This document shows, piece by piece, positions 1-12,296 of a stretch of DNA of 64,000 nucleotides (positions within the stretch are counted from its first letter, which is position 1; each line of letters starts with the position of its first letter). Under the pieces are notes generated by a model. That model was given only the letters and a program-made list of their open reading frames with translations. It was not told the origin of the DNA and made no database searches. Source of the stretch: Octopus sinensis (Eukaryota); contig NC_043019.1 of the NCBI RefSeq assembly GCF_006345805.1, positions 14,197,360 to 14,261,359 on the forward strand. The letters run 5' to 3'. The position numbers were made by a program, and so were the translations under genes.

Positions 1-298
1 CCTTCCTCTATCACTCTTCCCCTCCTTCCTCTATCACTCTTCCCATATCATCCCTTTCTTCTCTCTCCATTTCCCCCCTCCCCTTCTACCCCTGTCCTTC
101 CCCATCCCGTTCCCCTTCTCCCCATCCCGTTCCCCTTCTCCCCATCCCGTTCCCCTTCTTCCCTGTAGCTGCCCCAATCTCTCCCACATCCCTCTCCCGC
201 CCTCCCTCCCTCCACCACCACCTCCACCCACTCTCTTTTTTTTTCCCTCTTCTCTCATCACCCTTTCTTTCTTCATCACCATTCTCCCATTTTCCCAT
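1..298. repeat. Polypyrimidine (CT-rich) low-complexity tract with a ~19-bp tandem unit cccatcccgttccccttct
   Basis: Almost purine-free + strand; unit repeated about 3x at 101-158. Confidence 0.85.
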
Positions 299-695
299 AG
301 ATGTATTCTACTAGAAATATCCTGAAAGCCTACCTGTAGATTTTCATATTTGCATAACACATTATTATTTATTACTTTCTAACCTGACAGATTCCTTTGA
401 ACATGTCCTTTGAGACAATATAGGACAATTACATAAATAGAAGCTGCTTGCCAACCCAATATATTTCCTGGATAAACCACTGATGCATAACGCAGCTGAA
501 GTGCAAGTATTGCTACAGGCTGCAATTATGCATTAGAAACACAATTATTCCACGGCTTTCTTCTCTCTTTTCTAAAATGCTGGCAATTTAAATATTTCCA
601 AATTTTCCTGCTGTCAAATAAGATCTTAACCAAATAGCCATCGACTCATAATCAATCAATCACTATTTAACTTACCTATTAATTGATGTAATCAT

Positions 696-790
696 CTTTT
701 CTGCTCTAGGCACAAGGCCCGAAATTTGGTGGGGTAGGGGGCAAGTTGATTGAATCGACCCAAGTGCGCAACTGGTACTTAATTTATCAA
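696..790 (-). mobile_element. SINE family A fragment, tail type ii
   Basis: Reverse complement of the body motif ...taagtaccagtt-cactggggtcgat... followed by ccccaaatttc-ggccttgtgcctagag tail. Confidence 0.7.
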
Positions 791-794
791 CCCT

Positions 795-1084
795 GTCTTC
801 ATGTTCTGAGTTCAAATTCCGCCGAGGTCGACTTTGCCTTTCATCCTTTCAGGGTCGATTAAATAAGTACCAGTTACACACTGGGGGTTGATATAATCGA
901 CTTAATCTGTTTGTCTGTCCTTGTTTGTCCTCTCTGTATTTAGCCCCTTGTGGGTAGTAAAGAAATAGGTATTTCGTCTGCCGCTACATTCTGAGTTCAA
1001 ATTCCGCCGAGGTCGACTTTGCCTTTCATCCTTTCGGGGTTGATTAAATAAGTACCAGTTACACACTGAGCAATAAAGAAATAA
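795..1084 (+). mobile_element. SINE family A head-to-tail dimer (tRNA-derived)
   Basis: Two units with B box gagttcaaattcc and body gtcgactttgcctttcatcctttc-gggtcgat, joined by aaagaaatag|gtatttcg. Confidence 0.85.
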
Positions 1085-1204
1085 ATATTACCTTGCTTAG
1101 AAACAGGTGAGGGTTACGAACAAGAAGGGTATTCAGTCATAGGAAATCTGCCTCGATTAAATTATGTCTAACCCATGCAAGCATGGAAAAGTGGATGTTA
1201 AACC

Positions 1205-1436
1205 TATTTCTTTACTACCCACAAGGGGCTAAACACAGAGAGGACAAACAAGGACAGACAAATGGATTAAGTTGATTATATCGACCCCAGTGCGTAACTG
1301 GTACTTAATTTATCGACCCCGAAAGGATGAAAGGCAAAATCGACCTCGGCGGAATTTGAACTCAGAACGTAACGGCAGATGAAATATGGCTACGCATTTC
1401 GCCCGGCGTGCTTAACGTTTCTACCAGCTCGCTGCC
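1205..1436 (-). mobile_element. SINE family A, full length, inserted into the tail of a family D element
   Basis: Complete unit from the gcgagctgg head to the gtagtaaagaaata tail; taaaacc duplicated on both sides. Confidence 0.85.
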
Positions 1437-2172
1437 CCTAAACCATCAATATGATGATGATGATGGTGTTCACTCGTATGTTTTGCTTGTGAAAACCATA
1501 CTAGATAAACTTCTCTTGTATGCTGAGAAGAGATTGTCTGCAATTTCTCCAAGAATGGCATATTTACTTCGAATAAAAAAAATATCTATGTACTTTCTAT
1601 TAAGTTCTCTTAAGTTTATATGTAACGTTGCATCAATGATGCTGATGATATAAATATTGTAGTTTGCTGCATCCGTCATTGAAGCTGATATTCAACCTGT
1701 TCACCATATGGTGTAATTATAATCCAAACTTGAGAGGCTGGGCCTAATAATCGGCAGCTGGCTATCATTAGAATTTTATTGTCAGCAATCTGCTATTTTC
1801 TTCCGGTGGTCATCTCTGCAACTGGTAGTTTACTCTTTAACCAGTGGTTAGGAATGGTTCTGTGGTATTCTTTGGTTTTTGTTCGATCGATGGACTTTTT
1901 TTGAGTTGGATGTATATTATTAGATGGACGGAATTTGGTTGGAACGTCTTACTTGAGAAAGAACTATTGGTAAGGAGAGAGAGAGAGAGAAAGAGACAGA
2001 TAGACAGGCAGATACAATTAGATAGAAACAAACTGACAAGTGGGGAGTGAAAGGGAGAAAGAATAAGACTTACATAAAAAGACATTGAGGGAGATAAATA
2101 GATAGATAGATAGATAAGGAGACACACAGACAGATACAGAGGGAGAGAGAGAGAGAGAATAAGAGAATTAAA

Positions 2173-2396
2173 TATATTTCTTTACTGCCCACAAGGGGGC
2201 TAAACATAGAGGGGACAAACAAGGACAGACAAAGAGATTAAGTTGATTACATCGACCCCAGTGCGTAACTGGTACTTTATTTATCGACCCCGAAAGGATG
2301 AAAGGCAAAGTCAACCTCAGCAGAATTTGAACTCGGAACGTAATGGCAGACGAAATACCGCTAAGAATTTTGCCCGGCGTGCTAACGCTTCTGCCA
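2173..2396 (-). mobile_element. SINE family A, near full length
   Basis: Same head, body and type-i tail as the other copies. Confidence 0.85.
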
Positions 2397-2475
2397 GAGA
2401 AAATACAGACTGATAAACAGGTAAAAAAAAAAGGAGAAAAAAAAGAATAAAGCTTAAAAAAAAAGACATCAATGG

Positions 2476-2516
<41 letters not shown>

Positions 2517-2844
2517 TGTAGAGAAAGGGAGAGATGATTAGATAGATAAGAGATGAACTGATGAGAAGGGAATGTGACAGAGAGAGAAAGAGTCAGAGAG
2601 AAAAATATAGAGAAAGAGAGGAGGAGGAGGAGAGAGAGACGGAGAAAGTCAGATGAAAGAGACGAAAGAGAATGTGGGCAAGATGGGGGCAGAAATGGGG
2701 TGGGGGGAAATCTAATTGTCGATGTGGTGAGATAATTTAAGAGTGTTGTTTAATTGTTATTTAATGTGGAATCTGTTCCTGATTTAACGATCTCAATTGT
2801 TAAATTGATGGTCTGGTCTGCGGTAGATGGCAGGTTCTTTTTTA

Positions 2845-2999
2845 TTAATCATCATCATCACCACCATCATCGTCATCATCATTATTATTATTATTGTTAT
2901 TATTATTATTATAAACGTCATCATCATTATTTTGTTATTATTATTATTATTATTATCATCATCATTATTATTATTATTGTTATTATTATTATATTATTA

Positions 3000-3039
<40 letters not shown>

Positions 3040-3114
3040 CATTATTACTATTATTATTATTATTATTATTATTATTATCGTTATAATTATTATTATTATT
3101 ATTATCATTATTAC

Positions 3115-3147
<33 letters not shown>

Positions 3148-3152
3148 TACTA

Positions 3153-3185
<33 letters not shown>

Positions 3186-3226
3186 CATCATTATTATTAT
3201 TATTGTTATTATTATTATTATTATTA

Positions 3227-3257
<31 letters not shown>

Positions 3258-3301
3258 CATTATTACTATTATTATTATTATTATATTATTATCATTATTA
3301 C

Positions 3302-3335
<34 letters not shown>

Positions 3336-3412
3336 GTTATTATTATTATTATTATCATTATTATTATTATTATATTATTATCATTATTATTATTATTATT
3401 ATTATTGTTATA

Positions 3413-3447
<35 letters not shown>

Positions 3448-3479
3448 TACTATTATTATTATTATTATCATTATTACTA

Positions 3480-3511
<32 letters not shown>

Positions 3512-3556
3512 CATCATTATTATTATTATCATTATTATTATTATTATTATTATTGA
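2845..3556. repeat. ~700-bp (ATT)n/(ATC)n microsatellite
   Basis: Direct trinucleotide repeat; explains the poly-I/L/Y ORFs. Confidence 0.97.
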
Positions 3557-4287
3557 TGCTGTTGTTAATTTTATTATGAAATTAAAATGGCTAATTAGTG
3601 GAGTTGATTTGGTTAAATTAATAAGTGGCAATTTCAGAAAATAATAATAGCACATATTTCCCAAAAAAAAAACAACAAAAGAATAAATAAAAGCAAAACC
3701 ACCGCAGCAACAACAACAACAACAACAACAACAAAGAGATAACATCCACTCGTTTGACATGATGCAGTGTCATGGTTCCAAGCCGAACATTGATTCCATA
3801 CATAGCCATGAGGCTTCGGATCTAAATACAGAAAGTGAGATTTGTACCTTTTCTCAAGAGCTTTCTTCTGTGTAATTCTAATTTGTGCGCAGGCAGCAAA
3901 TTGGCAGAGGTCATTAGAGTTTTGTTGCATTCGCTCCAGCTCTCTCTCTCTCTGTTCTGAGTTCAAATCCTGCTGAGGTCAACTTTGCCTTTCAGCCTTT
4001 CGGGGTTGATTAAAAAAAAAAGGGAAAAGAGTAGCGATCCGAGGTAGTGGATTGGTGGGACTTTAAGAACACCAGACCGGGTACCTTGTGGTATTTGTTC
4101 CTACTCTCTGCATTCCATGTTCAAATCCCACCATGGCCTGCCTGAGAATTAGACTTCAGCCATTGCCTGGATTAAAACCATCTGGTCCCCTAGTTATCTT
4201 TAGTGAAGAAGTCCACTCCGTTGGACTTGGGGCCAGGTCTGTTATTTGGGAATACTTTCCTTCATCCCTCCCTCTCTCCCCACGATA

Positions 4288-4341
4288 GGGACAAGGCAGT
4301 GCCCATAACTCTATTGAGGGTCATGGGCACTGCCTTATCTC
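4288..4341. other. Near-perfect ~25-bp-stem hairpin
   Basis: aaggcagtgcccat pairs perfectly with atgggcactgcctt; loop about 4 nt. Confidence 0.7.
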
Positions 4342-4443
4342 CTGACTATAAGGCTTTAGTCAGCTCAGGGCTATATTACTAGAAAAAAAGGATCACTTGC
4401 TTGATAGGCATAAAATCCCTCACAGACCCACTCTGACTTTGGC

Positions 4444-4515
4444 CAGCACTGGATTAACCATTAAGCCAAATAAGCACATGCTTAGTGCATCAAGGAAAAA
4501 GGGGCACCACAGAAA
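4444..4515 (+). mobile_element. Possible left end of a hAT-like DNA transposon
   Basis: cagcactggattaaccattaagc...gcacatgcttag resembles CAG-starting hAT termini; no right end found. Confidence 0.3.
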
Positions 4516-4524
4516 TGGTAAATG

Positions 4525-4843
4525 CTTTTCATCCTTTCGGGGTCGATAAATTAAGTACCAGTTACACACTGGTGTTCATGTCATTGACTTAATCCGTTTG
4601 TCTGTCCTTGTTTGTCCTCTCAGTGTTTAGCCCCTTGTGGGTAGTAAAGAAATAGGTATTTCGTCAGCCGTTACGTTCTGAGTTCAAATTCCGCCGAGGT
4701 CGACTTTGCCTTTCATCCTTTCGGGGTCGATAAATTAAGTACCAGTTACGAACTGGCGTCGATGTCATCGACTTAATCCGTTTGTCTGTCTTTGTTTCTC
4801 CTCTCTGTGTTTAGCCCCTTGTGGGTAGTAAAGAGATAGGTAT
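4525..4843 (+). mobile_element. SINE family A dimer (5'-truncated)
   Basis: Two bodies and tails joined by aaagaaatag|gtatttcg at about 4646-4663. Confidence 0.85.
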
Positions 4844-5868
4844 ATATGTTTGTGGAGTGTTTAACCACCTGCATGTTAATTTCAAGAGCAGGGCTGTTCC
4901 ATTGTTCGGATCAACTGGAAACCTCGTCGTCGTTATAAGCGACGGAGTGACAGATTATTTGCTTTCGCTTGTAATCCGTACCTCCCCATTTGGCTTATTT
5001 ACACACTGCTAAAGTAGCCACAAAGCCGCAGTTTCTGAATGTAATCTTAAATGAAGAGACATTGAGTAGGTAGTGACAACATGGAATGAAGAGAGAGAGA
5101 GAGAGAAAGGGAGAGAGAGAGAGAGGAAGTCAGTGAGGACAGGAGAACAATGAGTACAGCAGCTCTGCAACAGTTGTTACAATAACAGAAGCAGCAGAAA
5201 ATAGACTCGGCTTTCAATTGATTGCTCTTGAAGCCTTTCACGAACAATGTATTTCGTTATCTCATTTACCGACAGTTTTATTTTCAATTATAAGTTAATA
5301 CTAGTCTTTCCTACTAACTGCTATAATAGACTCTCAAAACTGTTTTAGATATTTAACACTTTGACCTCTTAGAGCCAGACACAGACAGACACAGAAACGG
5401 AAAATAGCTGTGGAAAATATTTTAATTTCTCTCCTCTAAATAATAAAGAATATTGAGAATTAATGCTGTTTAACTGTACCATGTTTTGCATTCAGCTGTT
5501 TTTAGATGTTAACAAACTTTTAATCTGTTTAGACAAAGCACTGGCTTATATGCTAGTAGCGTTAAATTGAAAGTGTTAATTCTTTCTGTTTTGTCAAGCA
5601 GAAGAAATGCTTCAGGCGAGATGGCAATTTAAGTGAAATTATGTAAATTTAGACAAGTTTTTTTTATTTATTATATTGTTTTTTTTTTTGGTTTTTTTTT
5701 TTGAAGTGGTCAGTAAACAAGAGATAAAGTTTTGTGAAACTTAGCTTTTAATTTGTCTTGCTTTTGCTTTTCTTCGGGGTCCGCAATTCCTCGATGGAGT
5801 CATAAGCGTGCCATGGCACAATTGTGACATACGAGGTGTATCTCAAGCGTTTTTTTTTGTGTTTTTAG

Positions 5869-5947
5869 ATTGGCAGACCTCATTCCTCTCCAAACTTGAT
5901 TACTGCCAATTTCTTCTAGAAGAAAAACAGACATACAGGCAGAAAGC
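5869..5947 (+). CDS. Weak candidate internal exon (79 nt; WQTSFLSKLDYCQFLLEEKQTYRQK)
   Basis: Strong polypyrimidine acceptor tttttttttgtgtttttag, one open frame, donor gtgaga. No homology recognised. Confidence 0.15.
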
Positions 5948-6559
5948 GTGAGAGGAACGGAAGGGATCTCAGTAAAAAGGATTGGTTCTTTGTGACTGAC
6001 GGGTCATAGATCTCATCACAAACTGATGAAACTTGCAATAGGGAACCATGGAAACCAGTACTGACTGTTCCATGGTTGAGTGGTCAGTGACTAAACCTCC
6101 ACTTGAATAGCTTGCTATCCTTGTGAAAAGGGTGTCTGGACACCCAGCAGGACTAAAAACAATACCTATTTCTTTACTACCCACAAGGGGCTAAACACAG
6201 AAGGGACAAACAAGGACAGACAAATGGATTAAGTCGATTATAACGACCCCCAGTGAAGGGAGGCACCTTTGCATCTGTTGTATGAGCCAGTACTGGGGCA
6301 AAGGTCAGTGGGTGTGAAAGCAAAGTTTGGGGCCACTCCAGGCAGCACACCGTCTAGCTACACTTCTGGCAACCCCATCGGCAACTTAAAGCTGGGTCAT
6401 CTTCACCTTTGAGAGCAGAATGTCTTATCTATAAACACACGTAATGTCTTTAACTGGATATGAAGTGAGAACTGTTCAGTTGTTAAGTGCAATGTCGTCT
6501 TAAATCTTAGAAGCTTATCAAATATTAAATGCTTCCTCAATGACCTGACTAATGTCCTG

Positions 6560-6722
6560 TATGCGTAGCTGCATGGTAAGAAATCTGCTTCCCAACTACA
6601 TGGTTCCGGGTTCAGTCCCACTGTGTGGCACTTTGGGTGCTATCTACTATAACTTCAGGCTGACCAAAGCCTTGTGAGTGGATTTGGTAGACAGAAACTT
6701 TAAGAAATCCATCATGTGTATG
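6560..6722 (+). mobile_element. SINE family B 5' part
   Basis: tRNA-like head (ggtaag...ggttccgggttcagtcccactg) and ccaaagccttgtgagtggatttggtagac body. Confidence 0.75.
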
Positions 6723-6784
6723 TGTGTGTGAACATGTGTGTATGTGCGTGTATGTATGTATAATATATGTGCACGTGTGTAAAG

Positions 6785-7110
6785 GTACATGGCTCAGTGG
6801 TTAGAGTGCATAGCTAGTGAGCTCGATTCCTGGACCGGGCTGTGTGTTGTGTTCTTGAGCAAGACACTCTATTTCACATTGCTCCAGTTCACTCAACTGT
6901 AAAAATGTAGAAATGTGTTGCAACATCGCTGGTGCCAAGCTGTATCGGCCTTTCTCCTTTCCTTTGGATAAGATCAGTGGAGTGTAGAGCGGAGAGGCTG
7001 ATATGCATGGGCGACTGCTGGTCTTCCATAAAACAACCTTGCCCGGACTTGTACCTCAGGGAGGAACTTTCTAGATGCAATCTCATTGTCTTTCATGACC
7101 GAAAGGGAAC
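6785..7110 (+). mobile_element. SINE family C (tRNA head plus gtgttgtgttcttgagcaagacac central domain)
   Basis: A box tggctcagtggttag, B box-like gagctcgattcc, conserved body and tail. Confidence 0.85.
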
Positions 7111-7122
7111 TTATAGTATATA

Positions 7123-7354
7123 TATTTCTTTACTACCCACAAGGGGCTTAGCACAGAGGGGACAAACAAGGACAGACAAATGGATTAAGTCAATTAAATC
7201 GACCCCAGTGCATAACCGGTACTTAATTTATCGACCCCGAAAGGATGAAAGGCAAAGTCAACCTCAGCGGAATTTGAACTCAGAACGTAACGGCAGATGA
7301 AATATCGCTAAGCATTTCGCCCGGCGTGCTAACGTTTCTGCCAGCTCGCCGCCT
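7123..7354 (-). mobile_element. SINE family A, full length
   Basis: Complete ggcggcgagctggcagaaacgttagc head to the type-i tail. Confidence 0.9.
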
Positions 7355-7934
7355 TTTAATAGTGTATAATAAATATATATATATGTGTGTGTGTGCATGT
7401 ATATATATATATAGTTGGTAGGCTGTTCCTCTCATGATCAGAAGATCATGGTTTCAATTCCCAGACTGACTTTGTGCTGTGTTCTTGAGGAAAAACACTT
7501 AATTTTATGTTGCTCCAGTCCACTAAACTGTGAATAAGTAACCCCGCAGTGAGCTGGCATTCAATTCAGGGGGGAATGTTTTGGTTTTGATTCCACGGAA
7601 ACTGGGTAACTGTCCCTATGAATCTCAGAACTTGAGACAGTAATGTTCAAGCATTGTTGTTGTTGATGATGATGATGATGATGACAATGAGGAAATTGTA
7701 TGAAAGCTCTAATTGGCTTGTTTCAACTAATTTCATATATCTAAAGTCATTCAATCTTTTTTTTTTTTGTTGTTTTTGTTTTAAAAATAGTTCTTTTGTT
7801 GTAATGTAACCAAATATTTTGATGTTTGAGACATCACATGGTTGCTTTTATTGAATTTGTTTTGTCTAAAGTGAAGACAAAGACTTGAAGCAGACAAAGG
7901 ATGTCATTGATGAGGTCTCTGATAATGTCGAAAG

Positions 7935-8055
7935 CAGAGTTGTGGAGTCAGAGTCACAAACAATTAAGGGATAGCAGGAGTCGGAGTCGGAGTCGGAGGT
8001 GCCAATACTAGAGGAGTCAGAGTCAAGGTTTTTTTGTTTCGACTCCACAGCCCTG
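7935..8055. mobile_element. hAT-type MITE (121 bp) with 8-bp TSD
   Basis: TIR cagagttgtggagtc / gactccacagccctg; flanks gtcgaaag and gttgaaag (one CpG transition); internal ggagtc repeats. Confidence 0.85.
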
Positions 8056-8619
8056 GTTGAAAGAACTTTGACGAACCTAACTTCTCGGTTGATTGACCAA
8101 ACAATTTGTGAAGCAATCAGTTAATTGGATAAATGATTAACCAGTTGACTAATAATGATGACTTCAAATTTTGGCTCAAGGCTAGCATGACCCTGGTATT
8201 CAACTGGTATTTATTTTATTGACCATGAAAGGGAACCTGGTGCAGCAATCTGGTTTGCCAGTCTTCAGTCAAATTGTCCAACCCATACTAGCATGGAAAG
8301 CGGATGTTAAACAATGATGGTGATGATGATGATGATAACCATGAAAGGATGAAAGGCAAAGTTGATTTCAGTAGTGTTTGAACTCAGAACATAAAAACAG
8401 ATGAAATGCTGCTAAGCATTTGCTTGGCATGGTAATGATTCTACCTGTTAATAATAATAATAACGAGCACTCAGAGAACCCAAACCTCCGCCAAGGCAAC
8501 ACCAACGTCCTCTCAACGATTGGCCAGAGATGGTTTTTAAAATGAGAATCTCTGAAACCAACTCGATTGCTCTCACAAACGAGAATACTGAAAATGAACC
8601 CAACTGCTCTTTTACTCTT

Positions 8620-9012
8620 TTTTTACTCTTTTACTTATTTCAGTCATTTGACTGTGGCCATGCTGGAGCACCGCCTTTAGTCGAGCAAATTGACCCCAGG
8701 ACTTATTCTTTGGATGCCTAGTACTTATTCTGTCAGTCTCTTTTTGCCGAACCACTAAGTTATGGGGACGTACACACACCAGCATTAGTTGTCAAGCGAT
8801 GTTGGGAGGACAAACATAGACACAAACACACACACACATATATATACATATAAATATATACGGCGGGCTTCTTTCAGTTTCCATCTACCAAATCCACTCA
8901 CAAGGCTTTGGTCGTCCCGAGGCTATAGTAGAAGACACTTGTCCAAGGTACCACACAGTGGGACTAAACCCAGAACCATGTGGCTGGTAAGCAAGCTACT
9001 TACCACACAGCC
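8620..9012 (-). mobile_element. SINE family B, full length
   Basis: Reverse complement of head, central (TG/TA)n and ggcggtgctccagcatggccacagtcaaatgactgaaa tail. Confidence 0.85.
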
Positions 9013-9030
9013 ATTCCTGAATCCTTGCCC

Positions 9031-9064
<34 letters not shown>

Positions 9065-9365
9065 TAAGTGAAATAGAACCAGTGTGGGTGTTTATTATTG
9101 GCATAATGACCCTCCCAAGATTCAGTGAAATCTGTTTCAACATATGGGTTCACATTAAGAATCTTGCAAACCAAATACAAATGATAGATGCTAGCCACTA
9201 CACATTCTTTATTTTCTCTCCTTGTTTCTTTCTGTGGAAGAGCGTAGGCTTGAAACGTTAAAGACTTTTTCACTTCCCGAGCGTTATACTAATACATTTG
9301 TTTGTTATCTACACCACCTGTCTTCGTCTTTTTTTTTTTGTTTTTTTGTGAATTCTCCACAAAAA
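9065..9365 (+). mobile_element. Penelope-like terminal repeat fragment with a degenerate hammerhead-like motif (9227-9264)
   Basis: tcttt-ctgtggaa-gagc gtag gctt-GAAA-cg-tt-aaaga; shares tttcaaca...cacattaagaatcttg with 17450-17490. Confidence 0.4.
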
Positions 9366-10879
9366 TAGTAACTTGGATAAACTTAATTTCCTACCAAAAT
9401 TCTTTCCTCCATCAATCCCAAGACTCACATTATTTTCTTAGTTCTATTGTTTTCTCTTTTACAATGGATTATATTTACGCAGAATAAATTTATCGTTGCA
9501 TGCAAAAAACAGTGGGTGTTAAAGAGACATTTTGTTTTATGTTCTCTTTTGTTTTGCATCAAACTTTTTCGATGAAACAAATATTTTTTTTCTCTGCCAA
9601 GTATAACCTAAAAAGTAGGATTAATAGTATTGTGTTCTTGGGGGAAAACTCCTACAGTTTGTTATAAACTTAGAATCATTGACGACTGCTATACAAAACC
9701 ATATATGTTCAGTACAAAAAAAAAAAAATCTGCTAAAATTATTACTTACTGTAGAATTGTGAGAGATTTAATATCCAGATAAATACCTTAGCCTAGAGTA
9801 AAAACATCAATTATTTATCGTACCTAGACTGTACTTTTCTTCCTCTACCATAGCAACCTGCATGCCATCATCTTAGTGATGCTTATCTCATTTTTTTAAC
9901 TATATGATTGACGTTGCTTGAAACATCTGTTTTCTCTTTGCCCATGGTGCAATGGGCAAACTTTCTAGTGTCTTCTGCTTTAACCCCTGACCAACAAATT
10001 GTCTTGTGAGTGAATTTGGTAGATGGACACAACCTGCTTACCATCACCTCGGTGATGGCTTGTTTCTTTTTCCATTCCTATGTGACTGACATCACTTGAA
10101 AACAACTGATACAGTCTATAAAGAGGTTGCCATTAGGAAGGGCATACAGCCACAGAATCCATACTAAAGCAGACATTGTAGCACATTACAGTCCTCAGAC
10201 GTATTGAATCCTGTCAAATCATTTTACTCATGCTAGCTTTGAGCATGGACATGAAAAGATGATCATCGTCATCATCATGATGTCTGTAGTGATCAGAAAA
10301 TTGTAAAGAAGATACACAGATATATTGATTTAATATTTATAAAAGTTCAGTAAATGCCATTTAGCATTTACGCTTTAAATCTGTCTCAGAATAAAATTCT
10401 TCAAAATCATTAAATTATCTCCCGACTTCATATGATAGAAATTAAAATCCATTAGCAATAATCAGAACCATATAAGTCTTCTTTTAATCTTGTAGATTCT
10501 ACTTCTGCGTGTTTCTTAAGTGCTACATTTTATTAACCGTTCTTGTGGTTTGTGTTTCCTGTATCAAACGAGAGAGATAGAGAGAGAAGGAAAGAGAGAT
10601 AGAGAAAGGAGAGAAGAGAGAGAAAAGATCATTCACTTCAAAAGATTCCCTACATACCAAATAATAATAATACATAAATAAAAATATCCAAATTCGCAAT
10701 TCCAGGAATATATTTCTTTAATTTGTTCTGACTTGCTCAAAACTAAAGTGGAATAACTGGTTTATCATTTGCTATGTATGTCAGTGAAAGTAATGCCAAA
10801 ACCATATCCGTCTCTTGCAAGACAGACAGTAAGAGACGGCAGCATGAACCATACTTTTGCTAGTCATTTTTGGTGCCTG

Positions 10880-11185
10880 AGCATCTGGCTCACAATCATG
10901 AGGTTGTGAGTTCGATTCCCAGACCTGGCTGTGTGTTGTGTTCTTGAGCAAGGTACTTTATTTCGCATTGCTCCAGTTCACTCAGCTGTAGAAATGAGTT
11001 GCGACGTCACTGGTGCCAAGCTGTATCGGCCCCTTTGCCTTTCCCTTGGATAACATTGGTGGTGTGGAGAGAGGAGGATGGTATGCATGGGTGATTACTG
11101 GTCTTCCATAAACAGCCTTGCCCAGATCTGTGCCTTTCTAGGTGCAATCCCATGGTCATTCATGACTGAAGGGAATCTTTACCCT
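10880..11185 (+). mobile_element. SINE family C
   Basis: B box gagttcgattccc, central domain and terminal-type tail ggtcattcatgac...ctttaccc. Confidence 0.85.
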
Positions 11186-11384
11186 TTATCCTAGTTGTAA
11201 CCAGTCTTAGACACCTTCTCAGAGCCACTGCCCCACTTCCCCACCTTGATTCAGTTCACCATCAAGGGTGTGGGCACAGAAAAGAAGAGAGGTAACATGA
11301 ACGGTGCTGCTAGTATTACAGTGACACTTGTTTACGACTATCACATGATATCAAGACAAGAAGATGGATATGCACTTATCATCT

Positions 11385-11912
11385 TCATGTAACATCCATC
11401 CACCTTCCATGCTTGCATGGGTCGGGTAGTTTCATTGGAGCTGACAGAACAGAATACTGCACCAAGCTTCAATGTCTGTTTTTGGCATGGTTTTTACTGC
11501 TGGATGCCCTTCCTAGTACCAGCTACCCTACAAAGTGGACTGAGTACTTTTTACGTGGTACCAGCACAGGTGAGGTCACTTTCATCATCGTTTTTACTGC
11601 TGGAAGCCCTTCTTAACACCAACCACCCAACAGAGTGGACTTTTTACATGGCACCCGCACAGGTGAGGTAACTTTTGAAAATGGTTTTTACTATTGGACA
11701 CCTTCTTAATGCCAACCAAGCCACAGAGTGGAGTGAGTGCTTTTTTCGTGGCACAAGCACAGGTGAGTTAGTTTTAGCATGGTTTTTATGGCTGGGTGCC
11801 CTTCCTAACACCAACCACCCCACAGAATGAAAAGAGTACTTTTTATGTGGAACCAGCATATGTAAGGTCACTTTTGGTATGGTTTTTACTGCTGGACACC
11901 TTCCTAACACCA
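11385..11912 (-). repeat. Tandem array (about 5 units of 75-95 bp) derived from the family D body
   Basis: Repeated ggtttttactgctgg-cccttcctaacaccaaccac-cacagagtgga-tttttacgtggcac-agcacaggtgag. Confidence 0.75.
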
Positions 11913-11959
11913 GGCGTAATCGTTACCTGCGTCACCTGCATGATCGTTACCTGCGTCGC

Positions 11960-12296
11960 CTTACTGGCACTTGTGCTGGTGGCACATGAAAAAACATTTG
12001 AGCGAGGTCGTTGCTAGTGCTGCTAGACTGGCTTCTGTGCAGGTGGCACATAAAAAGCACCATTTGAGCATGGCCGTTGCCAGTACTGTCTGACTGGCCT
12101 TTGTGCCGGTGGCACGTAAAAGCACCCACTACACTCTCGGAGTGGTTGGCATTAGGAAGGGCATCCAGCTGTAGAAACTCTGCCAGATCAAGATTGGAGT
12201 CTGGTGCAGCCATCTGGTTTGCCAGACCTCAGTCAAACCGTCCAACCCATGCTAGCAAGGAAAGCGGACATTAAATGATGCTGCTGATGATGATGA
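11960..12296 (+). mobile_element. SINE-like family D with (GAT)n tail
   Basis: Repeated ggtggcac-taaaagcac units, then ggcattaggaagggcatccagctgtagaaac...ccaacccatgctagc...gatgatgat. Confidence 0.85.

Noticed and set aside
34-360. Gly/Arg/Glu-rich ORF
   Set aside because: It is the purine-rich strand of a low-complexity tract.
2754-3579. ORFs of 110-250 aa
   Set aside because: They are translations of the (ATT)n microsatellite (poly-I/L/Y).
6023-6065. CTGATGA...GAAA motif
   Set aside because: No pairable stem I or II, so not a hammerhead.
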